Assembly (NCBI GenBank): GCA_963540815.1
Contig: CAUTQY010000004.1
Span: 15,995-79,994 of the forward strand
Origin: an uncultured Bacteroidales bacterium
Lineage (GTDB): Bacteria > Bacteroidota > Bacteroidia > Bacteroidales > P3
DNA length: 64,000 bases
Direction: 5' to 3'
Positions 56,585 to 64,000 of this stretch are shown piece after piece. Position numbers and translations under genes: made by a program. The first letter of the stretch is position 1. Every line of letters starts with the position of its first letter. The notes under the pieces are model-generated. The model made no database searches and was not told where the DNA came from. It saw nothing but the letters and a program-made list of their open reading frames with translations.

Positions 56585-56895
56585 GTCATTGCGAGCAACT
56601 TTGTTGCGTAGCAACATCAAAAATTATGTCATTGCGAACGAAAGTGAAGCAATCCATTCCTATTTATTTTTGTGGATTGCCACGCCTTACAGCTCGCAAT
56701 GACGGCTTGGCCCGCTGCCAAAGAACAATAATTTTGTTATTACGAACCCTCCTTTCCGTCATTGCAAGACTAATAAGTGTGTCATTGCGAGCCATAATGC
56801 GCGACAAGCCGTAAAAATAGAATGTTACAAGCCGTCATTGCAAGCGCAGTGAAGTAATCCGTAACGCTTTATATTGCCATACCGTATAAAAATTT
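56585..56895. repeat. Cluster of REP-like units (left side of the repeat mosaic)
   Basis: At least five GTCATTGC(G/A)AG-headed arms: gtcattgcgagcaactttgttgcgtagcaac, gtcattgcgaacgaaagtgaagcaatcca, ..ctcgcaatgac, gtcattgcaagac, gtcattgcgagcc and gtcattgcaagcgcagtgaagtaatcc. Confidence 0.8.
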
Positions 56896-57044
56896 TGCCT
56901 TTCTTGGTTTGCTTTCTGCCACTCTTTGTTTCGATGATGAAAAAACCACCTTTTTTCATCAAAAAAAGGTGGTTTTTTGACTCAAAAAAGGTGGTTTTTT
57001 TGATAACGAATCGCTGTTTGGCAGAAAGCAAACCAAGAAAGGCA
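56896..57044 (+). repeat. 149-bp palindromic element, copy 3
   Basis: The termini are perfectly complementary: tgcctttcttggtttgctttctgcca / tggcagaaagcaaaccaagaaaggca. Modules: A6-CCACC-T6, A7-GGTGG-T6 and A6-GGTGG-T7. Module 1 is the complement of modules 2 and 3. Confidence 0.85.
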
Positions 57045-57235
57045 AAATTCTTATAAGAAATGGATTGCTTTACTGCGCTTACAGTAACTATTTGTAAAGT
57101 ACTTGTTTTATAGATTGCCACGCTTACGCTAGCAATGACTGATCAAGACAACATAATAACGAATAAAAAGGAATAAAAAGCGTTACGGATTGCTTCGCTT
57201 ACGCTCACAATGACGAAAAGGAGGGCGTAATGACG
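57045..57235. repeat. REP-like units (right side of the mosaic)
   Basis: The units are ggattgctttactgcgcttacag (mirror of 56852-56872), gattgccacgcttacgctagcaatgac, ggattgcttcgcttacgctcacaatgacg and cgtaatgacgg. Confidence 0.75.
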
Positions 57236-57331
57236 GAAGGAGACGGGTGGTGTATTAGTTAATGGTTGTCAGTTAGATTTAGCGTAAAAAAAGCGCAATT
57301 TACTTGTATTAAATAAAGCAAAAGACGGATA

Positions 57332-57391
57332 TAAAAAGACTTCAAGATTAGTTAATCAACACTTATAATCTTTATTCATCTAATCTTGAAG
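57332..57391 (-). terminator. Possible terminator downstream of pepE (12-bp stem, large loop)
   Basis: Stem cttcaagattag / ctaatcttgaag with a 28-nt loop. On the minus strand it is followed by TCTTTTTA. Confidence 0.4.
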
Positions 57392-57423
57392 TAAGAAAAT
57401 AATAAATCGGTGGTTTTCTATCT

Positions 57424-58146
57424 TTATTGCATTAAGAAATTTATATCATCCGTTAGGGAGTATTCTTGTGTTTGTCTATTATGATAAAAAACTTTCATTT
57501 TATTATCTCTTCCGACAAGAGACAATTTACCCTTATTAAGTCTTAGGGCAGTTGCTTCTCTTATGGCGGCAACATAGGTTGAAGTATTTGCGGCAATAAA
57601 CTCGTTTATGCGATCGTCCCTTGTTTCCCCTCCGTGTTTTGGGTCTACAAAATCAGTATAATGAGGGTTGATTTGGAAAGGCACCAAAGCCATAGTTTCA
57701 AAACTTTTCGGTTCTACTATCGGCATATCGTTTGTAGTCTTTAGAGAAAGTCCTGCAACATTGCTTCCTGCCGACCAACCCATATAAGGCATACCCGCAA
57801 ATGCCCTTTCTCTTATAGCCTGCATTACGGATTGTTCTTGCATTTGGTTTACAAGATAAAAGGTATTTCCTCCGCCAACTGCCACACACTCGGCTTGCAT
57901 TACCTCCTTGATGGGTTGTAAAGAATGATGTATGGAATAGAGTTCCACTCCAAAAGTTTTGTATAGCTCAGCAACTTTTTTTTCATAGTTATCATAACCC
58001 TGAGCAAAGCCGGCATATGGAATAAACAAAACTTTTTTTATATTGCTCTCTTTGCAAAAATCGGCTATCATTTCCTTGCACCAATCCAAATATTTTTCAC
58101 CTGCATTGGTGGAATTACTTATAAGTAAAAGATTTCTAAGTTCCAT
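57424..58146 (-). CDS. pepE: Dipeptidase E (peptidase S51)
   Basis: 240 aa. LLLISNST...VLFIPYA, GGGNTF and WSAGSNV (catalytic Ser) fit PepE. Confidence 0.8.
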   Translation of the reverse strand: MELRNLLLISNSTNAGEKYLDWCKEMIADFCKESNIKKVLFIPYAGFAQGYDNYEKKVAELYKTFGVELYSIHHSLQPIKEVMQAECVAVGGGNTFYLVNQMQEQSVMQAIRERAFAGMPYMGWSAGSNVAGLSLKTTNDMPIVEPKSFETMALVPFQINPHYTDFVDPKHGGETRDDRINEFIAANTSTYVAAIREATALRLNKGKLSLVGRDNKMKVFYHNRQTQEYSLTDDINFLMQ

Positions 58147-58158
58147 ATTATTATATTA

Positions 58159-58644
58159 TTACATTATTATACTTGTTATCAAAGTCGTTATTGCGGAAAT
58201 AAGAGAAAAAAACACCCCTACTACGGACAGAATGGTAACTATTTGAACAAACAGTTTTATTCTATGTACACCTTTAAGATAATTTTCTTGAATATCGGAA
58301 ACAAGGGCAATTTGCAAAGTTTTGCAACCTGTGAAAATCAAATAAGAAAAATAACACAAAACTATTGCCATTATAAAAATAAAAATTGCCCAAAACATGG
58401 TAACTCCTTTTGTGATACTGTTCGTAAAATATTCATCCTGCTCCATTACACTTGTGATATTATTGCTCATTACTATCATGCTTATTCCCATTAGAATCAT
58501 AAGAAAAACAAAAATAAAGTTAATGATAGCAATAACCTTTCCCCATTTTAATGAAGAAAGAATTTCTTCTTTCAAACTTGGTGTCAGTAAAATGACTTGT
58601 TGAGAATTGTCTGAGTTTGAGGTATGATTTTGTACGTTATCCAT
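58159..58644 (-). CDS. Small multi-pass membrane protein, function unknown
   Basis: 161 aa with about four hydrophobic helices and no diagnostic motif. Confidence 0.55.
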   Translation of the reverse strand: MDNVQNHTSNSDNSQQVILLTPSLKEEILSSLKWGKVIAIINFIFVFLMILMGISMIVMSNNITSVMEQDEYFTNSITKGVTMFWAIFIFIMAIVLCYFSYLIFTGCKTLQIALVSDIQENYLKGVHRIKLFVQIVTILSVVGVFFSLISAITTLITSIIM

Positions 58645-58744
58645 TTTCCAATACTTTTTTGTGTTTGTACAAAATTATAAAAAATATTCCATATGAAAAA
58701 AGAAAGGAAGTCGTCCGTATCTTTTATTCAATTTATCAAAGCAA

Positions 58745-58782
58745 AGAAAAAACGGCAAGAAGTTTAAAAACTTCTTGCCGTT
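58745..58782 (-). terminator. Strong intrinsic terminator downstream of the giant surface protein gene
   Basis: Stem acggcaagaagtt / aacttcttgccgt (13 bp, 4-nt loop). On the minus strand it is followed by TTTTTTC. Confidence 0.8.
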
Positions 58783-58805
58783 AAAATACAATGGAAAAAA
58801 CTTTA

Positions 58806-61800
58806 TTATTTGGTTATTATCATCTTTTTAACCTGTTTTTCATTATTGTATTCCATAGTATAGTAATATACTCCCTCGTCCAAATTACTTGCGTCAAAAT
58901 TAATAGTATGTTTTCCCGCCGAATATTGTCCTTCCGTGCTATAAATAACTTGTCCCAAAGTGTTGCTTACATAGAGACTCACTTTGCCCGCCTTTGGAAT
59001 AAAGAATCCTATGGAGGTCTCTCTATCGCAAGGATTAGGAATGTTTTGCTCCAAAACAAAACCCGCACTTTGAGACTCAACCTCTTGCAAACCTACATAG
59101 GATTTAACCTCATATATCTTTGTAGTGTCATTCCAATGATGATAATCGTTAGGATAATCTATCCATGCAACAAGGTCGTATTCTCCGTTTTCGGATTTTG
59201 GTATTCTGGCGGAGAAATTCATATATCGTCTCAAATTCGGATTAGGTTCGTCGTATTCCCATTGGAAAGTTTCGGTTATAACATTGTTCCAATCGCCATT
59301 GACTACCAAATGTGCTACGACCGGAGTAGTGTTGCCTCCCAAAGTCCCGCTGTTGTGTCCCACAAGTTGCACCAAACAATCCTCTGCCACAGTCTCCTCT
59401 ACAAACAAGGTATCTGCTGCTCCATCCGTGTATCCTATCATAAGAGTACAAGTAGTGTCGTTTGAAAGATTGGTTTCATTTGGCACAACAACGTACGCAC
59501 AAATACTTTGATAAACATTACGAGGTAGTTTTTGAGTAAAGTAGTGATGTCCGTAATCTCCGGCGGCAAGAGTAGAGCCTTGTCTATACTGCTCTTCTAC
59601 TTTCGTATTCAGGTCTCCGTTATAGTAGTAACCTACGGTGATATTATTCAAACCTATTGAAGAGCGGTTAAGGAAGGTAAGTTGAATACCTATTTCACCG
59701 GATTCTCTATCGTCTATGGTTACATATCTTGCTTCTACATCTTGAGTATAGGAACTACCCTCCAAACGTTTGTAAAGAGTATCATTGTCGTGATAATAAT
59801 CTCCGTCCAAAGAAGACCAAACCTGAAGATTAACCGAACCGTAAGAAGAATGATAACGTTGATTGAAATGATATATATACTCGTCTCCGTTGTACAAAGG
59901 AGGATTGAAAGTTATAATCTCATTAACCTGTGAAGCTCCCGTAATAACGTACGAAACAGGCAACTCGGATATAGGTTCCAGACCATAGTTACGCACACGA
60001 ACCACTATTTCAACATCATCGTTGGCAACAATATTCGTAACCGGTTGCTCTATTGCTACAATTGCGGCATCTTTTTGCAAAGGTCCTATAACTATAGTAG
60101 CCCAGGCAGAATCGTTTTCGGCATATAGGTCAACAGGATTTAGACGAGTAAATGCCGTAATTGTGAATGGGTCGGGCATATCTACGTTTAGGTAGTGTCC
60201 GCTTTGGAAAGTATAAACGGTATCTCCACCCGGAAGTATTCCGTTTTCTCCGTAATTGACATCCTCACAGGTTTGTATATGCATATCCTCCGCCAAATAA
60301 CAAACTTTGTAAGAAGAAATCATTTCTTTGCCGTAGTTGTGAACGGTAACAACAGGATAGAATTCCTGTCCGTAGTTAGGTAATAACAAAGGTGAAAGTT
60401 CTATACGAGTTACTCCCAAGTCTTGACCTCTAAGGCCTTTGGCAAGTCTGAAGTTATCTATGGCTACTCCGTCCGTAGGATTAGCAGTGCCAGAAACAAA
60501 TTTAAATCTGAATTGAGCGGTAACACCCATATTGGTAACCAAATGGTCTAACGAATAGGATACTCTCTGCCAAGAATTACTATTGCCCTTGAAACCTTCT
60601 ATACCTTTGTACCAATTGTAACCGCAAGGGACACCGTCAATAGTATCACCCGGAACAATTTGCCATTGTCCTTGATAATCCAGATATTCTACGGTCATAC
60701 TTGCACCCGTTCCCATTGCTCTGTAAATCATAAATGAAATGGTATCGGGTTTGATAAGTTCTATATCAAAAACAGGAGAGTAAAGAATGCTTGTGTTATT
60801 TTTAGGATACTTACCCGTAAGGTTTGTTTTCCAACAATAAGGTATGGAATACGCTTCGGTTATTGCCGTGTTACTATCGGCATCAGGGATGCCAAACTGC
60901 CAACAATTTTCGGGTTTATTGGTATTAACTTCGAATGGGAAGAAGTCGTCATTTAATGTTACTTGGTCGTCAAAATCCTCCTCATACGTGATATCGTATA
61001 TCCTAAACCTAAATATCGTATAAGACACGGTATCGTCGCCGGCATAGGTATCACCGACAAACTCCACATAAGCCGACAACTTTGTAACTCCGTAATCAAT
61101 ATTGATTGTACCCAAAGATACGTCTGCCACAGCCGAGCTTGGTAAATTACCCGTCCAAGGTACAACTTGTTGCTCTTGTCCGTTAACAAACCAATGTATA
61201 TTGACAGAGGTTATATTGTTTCTGCCGGCGTTCTTTAAACGAACGGATATGTCTTGTTGAGCGTCTGCTTGGAATATATCATCGGGAGAAACAAATCTAA
61301 GCAACTGAGCGTTGTTGTCCTCCATAGGAAGTATGTTTATGAGATAATCCTCTACCTCTCCCTTGTTTATGGTCAAGTCGGAAGTTGCCGAAAAATTGTG
61401 TTTGTTATCTTCTTGAGAAAGGACTATACGCATACGAGTTTTACCGTTCTGTATATCTTCCGGCACTTTGATAGGTATGATGTTGGTTGTTGCATCTCTA
61501 TATACCGTATCGGAATAAACACATTCCCAATTAGGATAATGGTTGTCGGAAAATACGGTATCGTCACCTCCGTCAAAGGCTCCGTTCCTATTCCAATCTA
61601 TCCAAACTTTCATCCAACCGGAGTGTGCCAAACCAAAGTCCATAGAGGCAGCGTTCTGATGTTCTACAATAAGGGTATCTCTTATACCTTTGAATAATAC
61701 TGCCGGTTCTATTGTTTGAGTAAAGTCCGAATAGGAGTCATCTGCCGTAACGGTCGTATTGTCTATATTTGCCAATCGTACCCTTGTTATATCCAACGAA

Positions 61801-64000
61801 GAGACATCGTTTACGGTAACATTAGGATAAATAGTGTTGCCGTTTATAGGTTTAACCAATCTGTAATCCGAAGTATCGTTCAAAGCAATGGTGTCACCTT
61901 GTGTGTCCGCCCAAGCACGTATTCTGTAAGTCTTTGTATTGTCGGAAAGGTCGGCAAGAGTATTGAAAGTATAAACGTACTCTTGGTCGGGTTGAACGGT
62001 TTGGTTACAAGTTTCGGTTACTACAATAGGCTCTGCGTTTGGTGCCGTAGCAATGGAGTATGTTAAATTGAAGTTTGTTGTCGGTTGAGTACCGTAATTT
62101 ATTATTCTAAATTTAACGGTATCTTCCTCCATATATACACTTGCGTTTTGAGTTGCCGTTTCCGTGTTGGTATGAGAAATATTCGTACCCGAGGCAGTAA
62201 ACGTCGTATTAATGGTATGCAATGGAGCGGTAACATCCAAGGCGGCCATATCCACAGGTCGTCTGTCCTTGACTATAACCTTAACCTCGGTATAGAAACT
62301 TTCACAAGGATAAGAACCCGAAAGATTTACCCTTACATAATAGGTTGAGTCGGCAAAAACTCTTCCGTCTGTGGAATACGGAGCATACTGTCCTTGTGTA
62401 TTACTATAACTTGAGGTATAGAAAGGTTCTGTTTGTGTAGAGTCTCTAAACCATTTAATGGACAAATGTCCGTCCTGAGTTGCCGAAGGATGTCCTATTG
62501 TACCGTAAAATACGGTATCATTTATGGCAATAGGAGGATCTGGCGAGCGTCTGGAATTTACGGTTATGTAAGAAGAAGTATCATTGGTCTTTACATTATC
62601 TCCATTCAAAGAAACATAGGCCCTAATCTTCCATGTCGTATCACTATTACCCAAAGGATAGAGATTTACGGTTTGATTGAAAGTATATTCTATTTGTACA
62701 TTCTTTTGTATGGAATCATAATTCAAACCTCCGTAGAAGAAAGGAAATACCAACTGTTCGGTAACCGTCATATCCGGTCTTCCTTGTACTTCATAAGTAA
62801 TGGATACATTATCGGTATTTTTTATAACTCTTTCTCCCACATTCTTTATTTGAACGGTAATAGGTACCGAAAGCAACTTACATCTCTCTGTAACTTGTTC
62901 CACTTTTACCATTTGAAGATTGTAGGCAGGTATTACTTTTATAGTTGTTTTTGAAGTATCATTAAGTTGATAAGCGTCACCGTTAAGCACGGTATAAACT
63001 TCTACGTACAGAGGTTTGGTTATGGGAGTGTTCAAAACTGCATTAAACGTTCCGTTAAAAGTATAATCAACTTCTTGCATAGAGGTTATCATACCCGTAT
63101 AATTCTCGGTTAGGGTTTGAATAGTAGTTGTATTGTATTCATCATATTTAAGATTCGCCACTAATTGCAAACCCGTAAGAGAATAGTTACCGAAATTCTT
63201 TATTCTTACGGTTAAAGGTATCTGGTCTCCTTCCACATAATCAACGGTAGAAATAGGCGATACTATGGCAATAACTCCCGCATCGTGGTCATTATGCATC
63301 AATTCGTATGCTCCAATGGTAGGTCCCGGAGAGACAGGACGTGCATAACCCGTAATATCCGCATCAATACCTTCTATACCTACTCCTCCGTTGGCAATAT
63401 TGGTAGGATAAAGCAAAGAAAGAATGGAATCGTTGGTAAACGGATTTTCTACCGCGAAAGACGAGCCATCCATTCCGTTTGTCGTCTGCAAAGTAGCAAG
63501 GTCTGTTATATTATTACCCCAGTAAGCAAATCTATTGGCACCAACCGCATAGTTGTTATTATTGGAAATGGAGACATTTGTTGTTCTTTCTACATAGTAA
63601 GCGTAGCCCTTAGCCGAGTTATCCAAGTTGTTGTTTCTAACAATTATATTACTGGAACCTTTACCTACTTTCATTGAGTAGGAAGATGGACTATCGGTAC
63701 TTGAGGCCATGTTTACGGTATTGAAATAGAAACTAACATTGGAGCAAGAATCCACATCAATACCTATGGAGTTAATACTGTTACTTGTCTCCGACTTAAT
63801 GGAAACGGCATTGTTGAAGACCATAAGTTGATTATTGGCAGAAAAATCGGAAGCCTTGACTTCCAGACCGGTCTTAGCCTTGGTTGCATTCTTAAAATAT
63901 ATGTCGTTTGCCTCTATACGTGAGTTAGTTCCCGCTATTTTTCTCAAAGAAATTGCTTTACCCACTTCTGTGGAAGCATACGAACGGAATTTATTTTGCG
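58806..64000 (-). CDS. Giant secreted T9SS cargo protein (beta-helix-like N-region, many Ig/CARDB-like modules, GEVED domain, T9SS C-terminal domain); the N-terminus lies beyond the right edge
   Basis: The ORF track gives 1,719 aa from GTG 63965, but the frame stays open to 64000. Asn-rich repeats (NN..V.N...) at the N-end suggest a parallel beta-helix. INKGEVEDYLINILP is a GEVED motif. The C-terminus VLEQNIPNPCDRETSIGFFIP...GVYYYTMEYNNEKQVKKMIITK is a Por_Secre_tail CTD. Confidence 0.8.
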   Translation of the reverse strand, partial: QNKFRSYASTEVGKAISLRKIAGTNSRIEANDIYFKNATKAKTGLEVKASDFSANNQLMVFNNAVSIKSETSNSINSIGIDVDSCSNVSFYFNTVNMASSTDSPSSYSMKVGKGSSNIIVRNNNLDNSAKGYAYYVERTTNVSISNNNNYAVGANRFAYWGNNITDLATLQTTNGMDGSSFAVENPFTNDSILSLLYPTNIANGGVGIEGIDADITGYARPVSPGPTIGAYELMHNDHDAGVIAIVSPISTVDYVEGDQIPLTVRIKNFGNYSLTGLQLVANLKYDEYNTTTIQTLTENYTGMITSMQEVDYTFNGTFNAVLNTPITKPLYVEVYTVLNGDAYQLNDTSKTTIKVIPAYNLQMVKVEQVTERCKLLSVPITVQIKNVGERVIKNTDNVSITYEVQGRPDMTVTEQLVFPFFYGGLNYDSIQKNVQIEYTFNQTVNLYPLGNSDTTWKIRAYVSLNGDNVKTNDTSSYITVNSRRSPDPPIAINDTVFYGTIGHPSATQDGHLSIKWFRDSTQTEPFYTSSYSNTQGQYAPYSTDGRVFADSTYYVRVNLSGSYPCESFYTEVKVIVKDRRPVDMAALDVTAPLHTINTTFTASGTNISHTNTETATQNASVYMEEDTVKFRIINYGTQPTTNFNLTYSIATAPNAEPIVVTETCNQTVQPDQEYVYTFNTLADLSDNTKTYRIRAWADTQGDTIALNDTSDYRLVKPINGNTIYPNVTVNDVSSLDITRVRLANIDNTTVTADDSYSDFTQTIEPAVLFKGIRDTLIVEHQNAASMDFGLAHSGWMKVWIDWNRNGAFDGGDDTVFSDNHYPNWECVYSDTVYRDATTNIIPIKVPEDIQNGKTRMRIVLSQEDNKHNFSATSDLTINKGEVEDYLINILPMEDNNAQLLRFVSPDDIFQADAQQDISVRLKNAGRNNITSVNIHWFVNGQEQQVVPWTGNLPSSAVADVSLGTINIDYGVTKLSAYVEFVGDTYAGDDTVSYTIFRFRIYDITYEEDFDDQVTLNDDFFPFEVNTNKPENCWQFGIPDADSNTAITEAYSIPYCWKTNLTGKYPKNNTSILYSPVFDIELIKPDTISFMIYRAMGTGASMTVEYLDYQGQWQIVPGDTIDGVPCGYNWYKGIEGFKGNSNSWQRVSYSLDHLVTNMGVTAQFRFKFVSGTANPTDGVAIDNFRLAKGLRGQDLGVTRIELSPLLLPNYGQEFYPVVTVHNYGKEMISSYKVCYLAEDMHIQTCEDVNYGENGILPGGDTVYTFQSGHYLNVDMPDPFTITAFTRLNPVDLYAENDSAWATIVIGPLQKDAAIVAIEQPVTNIVANDDVEIVVRVRNYGLEPISELPVSYVITGASQVNEIITFNPPLYNGDEYIYHFNQRYHSSYGSVNLQVWSSLDGDYYHDNDTLYKRLEGSSYTQDVEARYVTIDDRESGEIGIQLTFLNRSSIGLNNITVGYYYNGDLNTKVEEQYRQGSTLAAGDYGHHYFTQKLPRNVYQSICAYVVVPNETNLSNDTTCTLMIGYTDGAADTLFVEETVAEDCLVQLVGHNSGTLGGNTTPVVAHLVVNGDWNNVITETFQWEYDEPNPNLRRYMNFSARIPKSENGEYDLVAWIDYPNDYHHWNDTTKIYEVKSYVGLQEVESQSAGFVLEQNIPNPCDRETSIGFFIPKAGKVSLYVSNTLGQVIYSTEGQYSAGKHTINFDASNLDEGVYYYTMEYNNEKQVKKMIITK

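Noticed and set aside
56937-57056. A possible small peptide encoded inside the 149-bp element (MMKKPPFFIKKRWFFDSKK...).
   Set aside because: The same frame in copy 1 hits a stop after a few codons (gtg gaa aaa aca tag). Sequence changes between copies preserve base pairing rather than amino acids.
56513-57423. A search for a missed atpE (c subunit) or atpF gene after atpB.
   Set aside because: No ORF of suitable size or glycine-rich hairpin sequence exists on either strand. The interval is fully accounted for by repeats and a terminator.
58791-59465. A 224-aa plus-strand ORF, together with other long antisense ORFs (for example 62433..62954 and 61254..61697) inside the giant gene.
   Set aside because: These are antisense to a continuous 5.2-kb ORF with clear domain signatures. 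Long antisense frames are expected by chance in such a long gene.
1-64000. tRNA, rRNA, tmRNA, RNase P, CRISPR arrays, and intact IS or integrase genes.
   Set aside because: I read all intergenic regions longer than 60 bp and found no cloverleaf-compatible sequence, no rRNA-like stretch, no regularly spaced repeats and no transposase- or integrase-like ORF. A tRNAscan/Infernal run would be needed to be certain.

Overview
This is an AT-rich Bacteroidota (Bacteroidales-like) chromosomal segment with about 50 protein genes, nearly all housekeeping. The lineage call rests on many TAnnTTTG -7 promoter boxes, on T9SS/gliding genes (PorQ-like, PorP/SprF, PorK/GldK, GldB) and on two proteins with T9SS C-terminal sorting domains.

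Recognisable content, left to right:
- Lysine fermentation genes kamD and kdd, split by the [FeFe]-hydrogenase maturase hydG.
- thyA, radA, a DUF4810/DUF799 lipoprotein pair, gpx, a DjlA-like J-protein, a CCA-adding enzyme, a rhomboid protease and parC.
- aguB and aguA, then a TolC/HlyD/2xABC-2 efflux operon, miaA and an OmpA-family protein.
- An LPS cluster (lptB, hldD, kdsC, rlpA), then thrS-infC, rluD-like, gldB, an LtaS-like sulfatase, dxs, a lone atpB and pepE.
- A giant surface protein of more than 1,730 aa.

I found no rRNA, tRNA, CRISPR array or intact mobile element.

The most unusual signal is non-coding. A 149-bp palindromic element occurs three times, each copy exactly 149 bp. Each has 26-bp terminal inverted repeats and three A-tract/5-nt-core/T-tract modules whose cores change in a compensatory way between copies. 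Two copies sit at the apex of larger nested palindromes built from REP-like GTCATTGCGAG...CTCGCAATGAC hairpin units.

Three normally conserved operons end prematurely here:
- atpB has no atpEFHAG downstream.
- porP-porK has no porLMN downstream.
- thrS-infC has no rpmI-rplT downstream.

The atpB break abuts the repeat mosaic. The porK break abuts a decayed methyltransferase/helicase relic. The infC break is followed only by a terminator and lptB.

I cannot point to a clear novel protein-encoded system. All homology calls come from motif recognition and memory, not from searches.
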